Shown here one piece after another: positions 1-9,268 of a stretch of 64,000 bases of DNA. Position numbers and translations under genes: made by a program. The notes under the pieces are model-generated. The model was not told the DNA's origin, searched no databases, and saw only the letters and a list, made by a program, of their open reading frames with translations. Where the stretch lies: assembly GCA_018238545.1 (NCBI GenBank), contig JABCTC010000010.1, forward strand, positions 29,890 through 93,889, in the 5' to 3' direction. Numbering within the stretch: position 1 is the first letter of the stretch; each line of letters begins with the position of its first letter. This DNA comes from Candidatus Heimdallarchaeota archaeon. GTDB lineage: Archaea > Asgardarchaeota > Heimdallarchaeia > Heimdallarchaeales > Heimdallarchaeaceae.

Positions 1-114
1 CGTGAATTTGATGCTTAGCTACAATCCTTCAAAGTATAATCTACACTGCCTTATTTAAACACCAAAAAAAATGTACAAATTGCAAGTTATAATTAGCACG
101 TAATAAAATAATCT

Positions 115-528
115 TTATTCAGGTATATAGCTCATCATTTTGAGATCGTCTCTTACATACCAACCTATTTTTTTGTAAAACTCGATCACTCCTTCAGTAT
201 CATTTTCTACAAATAGATGAACTTTAACCACTCCTTTTATTAGAAACCTTTTATGCAACTCCACCATAATTTCCTTCCCATATCCCTTCTTTTGAAACTC
301 AGGATCAACGGCTAAATGATGTACATATCCTCTTCTTCCGTCGAATGCACCCATTACAACAGCTATAATGTTGCCTTCAGCTTTCCCTACAATGAATAAC
401 TCAGAGTTATACTCTAACAATCTTGCAACCTGTTCTTCAGTATCAGAAGCTGTCAAAGTAAGACCTGTTATCTCCCACAATCTGTGCACATCCTCATACA
501 TATCTATAGAAAAATCAGAGATTTCCAT
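115..528 (-). CDS. GNAT family N-acetyltransferase (YpeA-like)
   Basis: 137 aa; GRRGYVHHLAVDPEFQKKGYG acetyl-CoA binding motif A and FYKKIGW motif B. Confidence 0.9.
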   Translation of the reverse strand: MEISDFSIDMYEDVHRLWEITGLTLTASDTEEQVARLLEYNSELFIVGKAEGNIIAVVMGAFDGRRGYVHHLAVDPEFQKKGYGKEIMVELHKRFLIKGVVKVHLFVENDTEGVIEFYKKIGWYVRDDLKMMSYIPE

Positions 529-605
529 AAATTAAATGAGAGTGTTTCCTTAAAGAATTTTTTCCTTATCTAAACATTCTAAAAGGTTGAAATTCAGATA
601 ACTTG

Positions 606-1229
606 ATGATAAACCGCAAAGTTATCTTGTTGTTGAGTGGTGGTTTTGATAGTAGTGTAGCAGGTTATCTACTTCAAGAACAAGACTATCAAATTATTCC
701 TTTACACCTCTCTAATGTTGACTTTGCTGGTGAAGATTCAATAGATAAGAGTAAAGAAATAGCAAGGAATTTTGGGTGGGAGAAAATATATGTAATTGAT
801 ATTGCCGATACTCTCCAAACCTTTGTTGATAAGTGTAAACACTCTTACTATTTCGTACTGATGAAACGTTTCATGTTGAGATTAGCTGGAGAAATCGTTA
901 AGATTGAAAATGCATACTATATTGGGACTGGTGAGAGCCTTGGTCAGGTTTCAAGTCAAACTTTGGCAAACATCTCTGTTATTGAGCAAGCTGCAGAATA
1001 CAGAGTTTTGAAACCACTGATTACGTTTGATAAAGAAAAAATTATCGATTATACTCGCTCATTGAAAATCTTTGATATTTCAGCTGGGCCAGAAATATGT
1101 GATTTGTTAGGGCCAAAACACCCAGTTACAAATGCTGTACTAGAAAATGCAATAAAGGAAGAAGGTAAATTGGATGTTCCTAGAATGATTGAAAATTCTA
1201 TGAAAAACCTTCAAATGTTATCAAGTTAA
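606..1229 (+). CDS. thiI: ThiI-like tRNA sulfurtransferase, PP-loop catalytic domain only
   Basis: LLSGGFDS PP-loop; TGESLGQVSSQTLAN and KPLITFDKEKII are ThiI signatures; no N-terminal NFLD/THUMP domains; ATG at 606. Confidence 0.8.
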   Translation: MINRKVILLLSGGFDSSVAGYLLQEQDYQIIPLHLSNVDFAGEDSIDKSKEIARNFGWEKIYVIDIADTLQTFVDKCKHSYYFVLMKRFMLRLAGEIVKIENAYYIGTGESLGQVSSQTLANISVIEQAAEYRVLKPLITFDKEKIIDYTRSLKIFDISAGPEICDLLGPKHPVTNAVLENAIKEEGKLDVPRMIENSMKNLQMLSS

Positions 1230-1231
1230 TC

Positions 1232-2140
1232 TTATTCTAACCTTTTTAGAGATTCAAGTATTGTTTCTGCTATTTTTATGTAATCTTTCGATGCTAAGAA
1301 TTGCAATCTATCCAATTGTACTTTTTCTGCTGCAAGAGCCATACCAAATGCAATAGACAATTCAAGATCATCTGTTTCAACTAGTTTCGACAATATACCT
1401 GATACAAGTACATCACCAGCTCCAGTGGGGTCTCTCTCTATTCTAGATGGAGCAGATAACTTGTAATATCGTTCGTTTTTTGAAAATAACAACCCTTCTT
1501 TTCCAAGTGTTACTATTTGAGTATTGTGAGAGGGTAACCCTTCCATGATATCAATGTATGATCTCTTCTGAGTATAGTGTTGTGCTTCGTTTAAAGAATA
1601 CTTCACAAAGCTTGTATTTTTAGTTAATTCAGATAATAATTGTGGATTGTATAGAAGAATTATTTTGTTATTTGCATCTAAACCTCTCATAAAACCTTGA
1701 ACATCTACTCCAATATAATCGTGTTCTTCGCATGCCCATTCTACAGTTGTTGACGTAACCTCGTGATAAACTGGAGATATTAAACAACCTTTAGCACCTG
1801 GAATTTTTGTTACATATTCATCTAAATTTGATGCTTGTTTTAATAAATATAAAAATCTAAAGTCCTCGTAAATTTTGTGGAGAAACCGAGTGGTTTTTTC
1901 ACTGTAATCAAACTCAAAATGGCAATTTTTAATTTGTGAGAAGTACTCTAAATGCTCTTTTGGAAAATCCCTTCCAACTGTAGTTATACATCTCCCTTTA
2001 ATTGATAAAATAGGAAAAATAGTAGATGCAAAAGAGACTGGTCCCCCTAATTGATTTTTCACTTCTTTTTTATCCCCTTTTGTGAAAAATATTTTATTAT
2101 CTAAAACTGCATGACTAATTATATTGAGGTCAACATTCAC
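1232..2140 (-). CDS. PfkB/ribokinase family carbohydrate kinase
   Basis: N-terminal LGG, VDVQGFMR, VTLGKEG and DPTGAGD PfkB signature. Confidence 0.88.
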   Translation of the reverse strand: MNVDLNIISHAVLDNKIFFTKGDKKEVKNQLGGPVSFASTIFPILSIKGRCITTVGRDFPKEHLEYFSQIKNCHFEFDYSEKTTRFLHKIYEDFRFLYLLKQASNLDEYVTKIPGAKGCLISPVYHEVTSTTVEWACEEHDYIGVDVQGFMRGLDANNKIILLYNPQLLSELTKNTSFVKYSLNEAQHYTQKRSYIDIMEGLPSHNTQIVTLGKEGLLFSKNERYYKLSAPSRIERDPTGAGDVLVSGILSKLVETDDLELSIAFGMALAAEKVQLDRLQFLASKDYIKIAETILESLKRLE

Positions 2141-2237
2141 AAGTAATATTGCTCTGAATCCTTTCTTAAATCTTCTTGCGTGCTTAACCCTGTAATCCTA
2201 GCAAACATTTTTGAATAAGGAATAGAAATGAATATTC

Positions 2238-3740
2238 ATGACTGAACAAGAAGAAAAAAGAGTAAGAGATTTTGGATTAGTCTTCTACTTATGGGCTCTT
2301 TTAGCTCTTGCGGCATTGGCTTTAGGGGTTATTGCTATCGTAGAATTTGTCAGAAAAGACATCGGTTTTATAGATTATGCAATTGCTTTCATAGCTGATA
2401 TAGATATCTCAACAGTTCCAGGGCTAGTTCCAGATTTAAACGCAATAAAATACTGGATACTAGGCGGTGTTGCTGCTTTGTTCCTAATTGGAATTTCGCT
2501 AGCATATCTAGAAATTTGGATTATGAGCTTTATTGGTGCTGAATTTGTTAGTGCAGTTGTATTTGGTATTCCTCTAGCAATCTTAGGTGGAGGTATATAT
2601 TGTATTATAGATTTAAAACCGATTTGGATAGGAATTGGTATAGTCGCCTTAGCTGCTATGCTTATAATGGTGATACTTCTAGTTTCAAGAAGAATAGTTC
2701 TTGGAGCTAAGATATTCGAAACAAGCTGTGAGGCAGTAAATGAAAATAAACGTACGTTGATTCCCATTCTGATTTTTGCTGTTGCATCAATTATCACATT
2801 CATTCTTGGAGCAGCAACAAGTGTGTGGGTCATAAACCTATCTTGGTTGAATGATCAAGAAACATGGGTTCAATGGTTAGTATTATTCCTTGTTATCTAT
2901 GTGTATCTGGCAATTTACTGGACAACAATGTACTTCCTCGATGCTATCAACATTTGTATGTTCAAAAGATGGAATAATTACAAAGACGCCAGTATTCGTT
3001 ATGCTATGAAGGAAGTTTGGAAAGTGAAAGGAAGTATAGTAATGTTTGGTATGTTCATGGCTTTCTTTGATTGGATTGTAAAAATAGTTCAATACTTTGG
3101 AGCGAAGAAAATCAAAGAAACTTCAAAATTCTATAAAGCTTTTACTATCATTAAAAAGGTACTTTACTGGGTATTTATCCTATTCGTACTGCTCTTCAAA
3201 TGGTTGTTCAAGATTATTAAATTCCTGAACTATTACACTTTAACAATTATAGTTGTAGAGAAACAAGGCTTCATTCGAAGTATTGCTAGATCTTCCGATT
3301 TAGCTTTAGATTCTGGTGCAGATATCATCATAGGAAAAACTGGTGTAAATATTGCTAAAGGATTATTCTCAGTGATGACCTTTGCTATATTTGTTGTTGC
3401 AGGTTTCTTTGTTGGACGATATTGGTTCGGTATTTCAATCTCAGTTTCAACTGATTTTGGGGTTTTAGCTCTATTTGGAGTAGTTGTAGCAGTGTTCTTC
3501 TTCATCTTTGGTTATTTGCCAATGTCTGCATTGCTCAAACCACTAAATACAGCATATCAAACTATCCTATTCTTTTACATCACAGATCCATTCAGAGGAA
3601 AACCAGGACGCAAAACAAGGTTGTCAACTGATGTTCAAGAAAGCATATCAAAAGTCAGAGAAAACATCATGGAAAGTTACGATAAAGAAGAGAGAACCTC
3701 ATGGTCATCAGACAAGAAAGAACAACCAGCTGAGGTTTAG
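2238..3740 (+). CDS. Multi-pass membrane protein resembling the choline-transporter-like (CTL/SLC44/Pns1) family
   Basis: About 10 hydrophobic segments; RRIVLGAKIFETSCEAV, KGSIVMFG and KIIKFLNYYTLTIIVVEKQGFIRS match CTL blocks in the expected order. Confidence 0.65.
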   Translation: MTEQEEKRVRDFGLVFYLWALLALAALALGVIAIVEFVRKDIGFIDYAIAFIADIDISTVPGLVPDLNAIKYWILGGVAALFLIGISLAYLEIWIMSFIGAEFVSAVVFGIPLAILGGGIYCIIDLKPIWIGIGIVALAAMLIMVILLVSRRIVLGAKIFETSCEAVNENKRTLIPILIFAVASIITFILGAATSVWVINLSWLNDQETWVQWLVLFLVIYVYLAIYWTTMYFLDAINICMFKRWNNYKDASIRYAMKEVWKVKGSIVMFGMFMAFFDWIVKIVQYFGAKKIKETSKFYKAFTIIKKVLYWVFILFVLLFKWLFKIIKFLNYYTLTIIVVEKQGFIRSIARSSDLALDSGADIIIGKTGVNIAKGLFSVMTFAIFVVAGFFVGRYWFGISISVSTDFGVLALFGVVVAVFFFIFGYLPMSALLKPLNTAYQTILFFYITDPFRGKPGRKTRLSTDVQESISKVRENIMESYDKEERTSWSSDKKEQPAEV

Positions 3741-3745
3741 ACCAA

Positions 3746-3770
3746 TTTTTCTCCTTTCCTTTTTTTTATT
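3746..3770 (+). terminator. Archaeal oligo-T terminator
   Basis: TTTTTCTCCTTTCCTTTTTTTTATT immediately after the stop at 3740. Confidence 0.6.
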
Positions 3771-3861
3771 CCATATTATATTTGTTTAATTACATAATAA
3801 AATTTAGAAAAATCATTCTAAAGGATTATAAAGAGATGGAACATATTTATTTTGTGAGAAA

Positions 3862-5238
3862 ATGTCATCGCGTCTACAACGTAGAAGTTTGATTGGAAGT
3901 TATAGATATAGTGTCGTTATTAAACCAAATGAGAGTGAATTTAGTGAGCAAATGACGGGTGTTCTTGATTTATATGATGGCAAACATGTAACACAGACAC
4001 ACAAATATTCTTCGTTTGATCAACTAGTCTCGATTATAATTAATTTCTGGGAAAAAATGCTTGGATCTGAGGTGAATATTCACCGTTTTGCCAACTGGTT
4101 AGCAGAATACTTCTCAGATATAGGTGTTTCTAATATAAACTTCTATCAACTCATAGAAATTGTTAGAAATTTGGGTAAAGGTGTCTCTTTACACTCTTCT
4201 GGTATGAAGATTAGAGAAACTAAAGTTGTTCCTGATCCCATTATACCATCTTCAAGGAAAAAGGAGATGACTACTGACGTTGAAAGCCTTATATCTCCAG
4301 TTACAGAAATTGTTAAACCAAGTGAACTATTCAAGAAAAAGGAAACAGTTTCTCCTAGTGTGAAAACTATGCCTCCAGTGAGAGTTGAGGAAGAGGAACC
4401 TGAAGCACCACCTGTGAATACTTTACTGAAACCAAGTGAAGTAATAAAAAAGCATGATACAATTTTTGAAGCAGAAGCAACTAAACCAGAAACTCCGAAG
4501 AAAGTTATGGGAGATCCTATCGTCACACAACCCAGACCCAAAACAGAGAAGAAAGCTAAACCTGTTGATATACTCAAACCCACTCAGTATCTAAAAGGTC
4601 AAGAAACAATAAATGCAGTATCAGATACAATAGTTAAACCAAGTTTACTGTCACATGAAAAAACCATTGAATCCGCAAGAACTGAAACAAAAACAGCGAA
4701 ACCTGTTCAGCAACCATCCAAGAAAAAAGACGTAGTAGAACAGAAACTAACTCCTCCTAGTAATGTGTTGTTAAAACCTTCGGATTACCTCAAGGATAAG
4801 GATGTTGTATTTGAAAAAGTTGAACATCTGAGGAAGCCAAGTGAACTTATCAGAAATAAATCCGATGCTTTTATTCATCCTGTAAGAAAAATAGATCCTG
4901 AAGTAGATGTAATCCCATTACCTCCTGGAAGTGAAAGGAAGAAAGCTGAAGGATTCCCATCTAGTAGCAAACCATCGGTAAAAACAAAAGAAGCCATGCC
5001 ATTTGAAATAGAAGTAATGGATGATAGAGAAGAAACAAAATTCCCAATCGAACTGAGGATAACAGATATAATAGGAGTAGGAGAAAAAATTGCTATGTTA
5101 CTCAAAGATGGTGGTATCGAAACAATTGACCAGCTTGCCAAATCCAAACCTGAAGAATTATGCAAAATAAGAGGTATAGGAATAACTTCAGCAAAGAAAC
5201 TTATCTATGGAGCAAGTGCTTTAATCACAAGACAATAG
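3862..5238 (+). CDS. Protein with N-terminal globular domain, long low-complexity linker carrying KPS repeats and C-terminal helix-hairpin-helix pair
   Basis: C-terminal IIGVGEKIAMLLKDGGIETIDQLA...IRGIGITSAKKL is an HhH_5-type pair; the middle is P/K/E/T/S-rich. Confidence 0.75.
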   Translation: MSSRLQRRSLIGSYRYSVVIKPNESEFSEQMTGVLDLYDGKHVTQTHKYSSFDQLVSIIINFWEKMLGSEVNIHRFANWLAEYFSDIGVSNINFYQLIEIVRNLGKGVSLHSSGMKIRETKVVPDPIIPSSRKKEMTTDVESLISPVTEIVKPSELFKKKETVSPSVKTMPPVRVEEEEPEAPPVNTLLKPSEVIKKHDTIFEAEATKPETPKKVMGDPIVTQPRPKTEKKAKPVDILKPTQYLKGQETINAVSDTIVKPSLLSHEKTIESARTETKTAKPVQQPSKKKDVVEQKLTPPSNVLLKPSDYLKDKDVVFEKVEHLRKPSELIRNKSDAFIHPVRKIDPEVDVIPLPPGSERKKAEGFPSSSKPSVKTKEAMPFEIEVMDDREETKFPIELRITDIIGVGEKIAMLLKDGGIETIDQLAKSKPEELCKIRGIGITSAKKLIYGASALITRQ

Positions 5239-5319
5239 GACAGTTAAATCCTCCTCCAACTTTTTCTCGTCGATTCTTAATACATTATACTTAAAAAGTT
5301 AAATGAAAGTATTAGTAAA

Positions 5320-5841
5320 ATGAAGAAATCAAGAATTGTACAGATTGTTGGTCTTTCAAATTCTGGTAAAACAACTTTAATTCTTGATATGATAAAAATT
5401 TTCGCAAAACAAAATCTTTCTGTAGCAACAATAAAATCTGCTAGAAACCATACTTCAGTCTCATCAGGTAAAGATTCAGACATATTTCTTACACAGGGTG
5501 CAATGTCTTCCACCATCTCATTTTCGAATGTAACACAAATAACAACAACTAAGAAAACCACTTTGACTGAACTTATTGGAGATATTCAGTCACTGAGTGA
5601 GCCTGATATAATTTTTGTGGAAGGTTTCAAAGGAGAAGAGGGCTATGACAAAATACTCGTTTGGTCTGAAAAATTTAAGGAAAATATCGATTTATTTAAC
5701 CTTACTAATCTCAAGCTAGTTTATTGTCAAAAGGATAGATATAACACATATTCAGTTGCCCTAAAGAAACTTGAAAAAAGCCTATCCACAGTTGTACTGT
5801 CTGATCCATTTGATGCTTATTCCCACATAATAAATAACTGA
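5320..5841 (+). CDS. mobB: Molybdopterin-guanine dinucleotide biosynthesis protein B
   Basis: VGLSNSGKTT P-loop, VATIK, GKDS and DIIFVEGFK MobB motifs. Confidence 0.85.
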   Translation: MKKSRIVQIVGLSNSGKTTLILDMIKIFAKQNLSVATIKSARNHTSVSSGKDSDIFLTQGAMSSTISFSNVTQITTTKKTTLTELIGDIQSLSEPDIIFVEGFKGEEGYDKILVWSEKFKENIDLFNLTNLKLVYCQKDRYNTYSVALKKLEKSLSTVVLSDPFDAYSHIINN

Positions 5842-5842
5842 T

Positions 5843-6937
5843 TTGAGGATTGATATGCATAGTTCATTGAGAAACCTACTAGAAAAAGCACAAGAGAAAA
5901 TCTCTAAACATAAAGTAGATAGAACAAGCATATCTGGAATTATTTTTTGTTATAATGTAGATGATGATTCAACTAATTTAATCGTAAATAAGATATCTCT
6001 TTTACAAAAATTCGTAAGCGAAATTGTATTAATTATCCCAAAAAACGACATTATTGATAATAAAAAAATTGATCAATTGAATTTTCCTATCAAAGTTCTG
6101 GAGTTAGAACAGAATATTCTTGAAAACGAAATTTTCGCTTTTGAGATGGCTTTAAAACGATGTATTAATGATAAAATAATAGTCATACCCACCTATTTGT
6201 CTATTGAACCTAAAAGAATAGAATTATTGGTCTATTACGGTTACCCTTTAACAACATATGTAGGCCAAAAGGGTGGCATCACCTCTAATTTGTTCTACTA
6301 CGATAAATGGAAAAATAGGTTCATAGTGCAGTTATTGCGTTTAAATGGTAGAAAGAAACTAATCGAGTTATTTAGAATATCAAATAAGACCGCTTTTCTA
6401 CGTATAAGTGATAATGATAAAATTGTTAAAATATCCTGTGAGAATAATACTTCTGAAATAAGACAGAAAAAATCTGAAAAGAAAATCATCTCTCCAATTC
6501 TCTTTCAGAATCCTATTGATGTGCAAGAAATTGTAAAATTAATTGCTCTACTCAACGTAATGAAAGATGATGTTATAGAAAATAGAACCATTACTTCTCA
6601 CTTCAAGATTGGGTTACTACTAACACAAAGTCAGAAGCTTTTAGGTTTGGGTCATTATGGATTAGCCTTTCAAGCACCATTATTCTTTAGTAAAATTGCA
6701 GAAAAAATAGATAAATATCCACCCGATTGGGATTTTGCTAAAACGCTTGAACTAGGAAAAATTTCACTGGAAAAGGAGCAGAAGCGCTATTCTGTTGAGG
6801 GAATTGAAAGTTTACAATTAGTCTGCTTAAAGGATCTTCAAGTGTTGGATTCTAGAAATTCTAATGAAATAGATCGTATAGAACAAGAGATAAAATTATT
6901 GAAAGAGCAATTACTTCAAGACAATATAGAATTGTGA
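5843..6937 (+). CDS. Hypothetical protein; N-terminal half resembles a degenerate MobA-like NTP-transferase fold
   Basis: 364 aa directly after mobB; ISGIIFC, FVSEIVLI and MALKRCINDKIIVIP follow MobA topology but lack LAGG and the catalytic Asp. Confidence 0.4.
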   Translation: MRIDMHSSLRNLLEKAQEKISKHKVDRTSISGIIFCYNVDDDSTNLIVNKISLLQKFVSEIVLIIPKNDIIDNKKIDQLNFPIKVLELEQNILENEIFAFEMALKRCINDKIIVIPTYLSIEPKRIELLVYYGYPLTTYVGQKGGITSNLFYYDKWKNRFIVQLLRLNGRKKLIELFRISNKTAFLRISDNDKIVKISCENNTSEIRQKKSEKKIISPILFQNPIDVQEIVKLIALLNVMKDDVIENRTITSHFKIGLLLTQSQKLLGLGHYGLAFQAPLFFSKIAEKIDKYPPDWDFAKTLELGKISLEKEQKRYSVEGIESLQLVCLKDLQVLDSRNSNEIDRIEQEIKLLKEQLLQDNIEL

Positions 6938-7015
6938 TTCATTAGGGAAAATGGTCCTTTAATGTAATCTCTTCTTACCATCATACATTTAAATGAAGAA
7001 TTGTTTTTTATCATA

Positions 7016-8437
7016 ATGAGCCATAAGTCGAGTTCAAGTGTAATTCCTTTACTTATCAGGGTAGTTTTTGGATTAATTTTGCCGTTGTTACTTGAAATTT
7101 TAATCTATATAGTGTATACGGGACTTAGAACTGGTGATTTTCAGTTTTCAGCAATTCTCTACTATACTTTTCTAGTTATTCCAATCCTTTTTCTCTATCT
7201 ATTAACACCAAAACTACTTTTCCAAATAGGAGGAGTTAAGAATCATATAACTCAAAATCTTACCGAAAATTATGATGAAATCTTTTTGAAACCAAGAAAA
7301 TTCAGATTTCAAGAGAAAGCTGTTCCACTTATCTCCATGGAAATAAAATTGAAAAGAGATGAACAAGAGCTCTTGGAGAGAAAGATAAAGAAGGATCTAA
7401 TACCTGAATTATCCAAGGAAGCACAGAATCAATATAATCAAAATTTCATAGATCGAACACATACTACAAGAAATGAGAAATTATTGACATATAATGAGTC
7501 TTTGTTCCTTTTTAGCTTAGTTTCATCAATTTTACTCTTACTCAACTTTATTCTAGTGATAGTTATGAGATTTACAACTATTAAACTGGATTTCATTGAA
7601 CTTGATCAGATAACAAATCTAACAAATGTGATAATCTTTGCATGTTTGTTTGGAATTCTCCTAGGATTTAGCATATATCTTTTATATGCTTCCTCAAAGA
7701 ATCTGTGTTCATTAATCCCTAGAGTTCTCCCAATAATTTATTTTGAGCTAGAAGAGGAAAGAGAAAAAAGAATTTTGCAAATTCTAGCAATTGCTGAATT
7801 CCCAATCAGCAATTTATTTGTCAGAAGAACACAAAGAGAACTTTTTGGAATAATTGATGAAGCTAAAAAACAGCTTCTTTTTGTTAAACTGGTTGAGACA
7901 ATTTCCTGGCATTATCGAGATGAAATGGCAAAATCCATAGCCTGGAAGCTATATAAGGAGGTATTAGAAGAGATTAAAATTCCTGAGGAAACAAGAGAGA
8001 AAATTGAAAAACAATTCAAGTTTGACCCATTAGCTCACCTAATATCCAGCGAGATACTTACTGCAACCGAGGAACAAGCAATTAAAGCTGATTTAGATTA
8101 TATCAAGGAAAAGATAGTGAATTGGGATAAAATTAGAAGTGAAGAACAAACCTTATCTTTTCTCTTAATCTATAGAAGTCTTGAAACAATTTTCAGAAGA
8201 TCACTATCAAGCCTAAAAACAGATGCTGAAGATGACGAAATAAATTTCTTAAAACTAATCGATATTCTAGAAAAGAATAAAATGTTAACAAAAGATGAGG
8301 TTACTCTTTTGCATGAGATAAGGTTCAAACGAAATCTTCTATTCCATGAACCTGGAAAATCAATAGACATAGGTAAGAATACTATGGAAAGACTCCTCAT
8401 GTTAATAAGTAAGATTCTAGACCGTTTGAATAAATAA
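7016..8437 (+). CDS. Four-TM membrane protein with C-terminal HEPN-like domain
   Basis: Two pairs of TM helices; C-terminal helical domain with RSLETIF and RNLLFH (R-X4-H). Confidence 0.7.
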   Translation: MSHKSSSSVIPLLIRVVFGLILPLLLEILIYIVYTGLRTGDFQFSAILYYTFLVIPILFLYLLTPKLLFQIGGVKNHITQNLTENYDEIFLKPRKFRFQEKAVPLISMEIKLKRDEQELLERKIKKDLIPELSKEAQNQYNQNFIDRTHTTRNEKLLTYNESLFLFSLVSSILLLLNFILVIVMRFTTIKLDFIELDQITNLTNVIIFACLFGILLGFSIYLLYASSKNLCSLIPRVLPIIYFELEEEREKRILQILAIAEFPISNLFVRRTQRELFGIIDEAKKQLLFVKLVETISWHYRDEMAKSIAWKLYKEVLEEIKIPEETREKIEKQFKFDPLAHLISSEILTATEEQAIKADLDYIKEKIVNWDKIRSEEQTLSFLLIYRSLETIFRRSLSSLKTDAEDDEINFLKLIDILEKNKMLTKDEVTLLHEIRFKRNLLFHEPGKSIDIGKNTMERLLMLISKILDRLNK

Positions 8438-8452
8438 CATGAAGGTGAGAAA

Positions 8453-9268
8453 TTGTATCAACCTATTTGGAAAACTTCTGGAATTCCTTTCCTTAAAGGT
8501 AAAAGACCTCTGGTGATGGCTCATCGAGGAAGAAGCGTTTTCACACCAGAAAGTTCATTTTTGGCATTTAATGAGGCATATGATGTAAATGTTGATGTTT
8601 TGGAAACAGATATTAGAATCACCAAAGATTGCACCCCAGTTATATTTCATGATGAAACTTTAGACAGAACTACCAATGGCAAAGGAAAAATCTCAGATTT
8701 TAATCTGGATGAGCTTATGGAGTTTGATCTTGGCTATTGGCACACAAACAAGGGGAAAGATGATTATCCTTTCAGGAATAAAGGATTACATATTTTGCCT
8801 CTTTATACATTCTTCGAGAAATTTCCAAAAGTGAAAATTAACTTGGATATCAAAGATGATTTCAAACAAGCTCCTTCTATATTATTCGAAACAATAAGAG
8901 AAAGTGGAGCTGAACAAAGAGTTTTGGTAAGTTCATTCCACAATAAACAAATTCTTAGATTTAGAGATATAAGCAAGCATTCTGAAATACCAACTAGTGC
9001 AAACAAAAAAGAAGTTTTAGCTTTTGTTTCCAATCTTTGGATATTCTCGAAGAAGGATTACTGCGCATTACAAGTTCCTTTAACACATTCTTTTATTAGA
9101 ATTGTAACTGTTAATTCTATAAAGAAGGCTCATCGAAATAATATTGCAGTGCATCCATGGACAATAAACAGTAAAGAAAACATGCTTTCTTTATTGTCAT
9201 GGGAAATTGATGGAATCTTTACTGATGATCCAGAATTATTGATTGAAATTCTTGATGCTACAGATTGA
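8453..9268 (+). CDS. Glycerophosphodiester phosphodiesterase (GDPD)
   Basis: AHRG, ETDIRITKD, FHDETLDRTT, WTIN and GIFTDDP; TTG start preceded by GAAGGTGAG. Confidence 0.93.
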   Translation: MYQPIWKTSGIPFLKGKRPLVMAHRGRSVFTPESSFLAFNEAYDVNVDVLETDIRITKDCTPVIFHDETLDRTTNGKGKISDFNLDELMEFDLGYWHTNKGKDDYPFRNKGLHILPLYTFFEKFPKVKINLDIKDDFKQAPSILFETIRESGAEQRVLVSSFHNKQILRFRDISKHSEIPTSANKKEVLAFVSNLWIFSKKDYCALQVPLTHSFIRIVTVNSIKKAHRNNIAVHPWTINSKENMLSLLSWEIDGIFTDDPELLIEILDATD

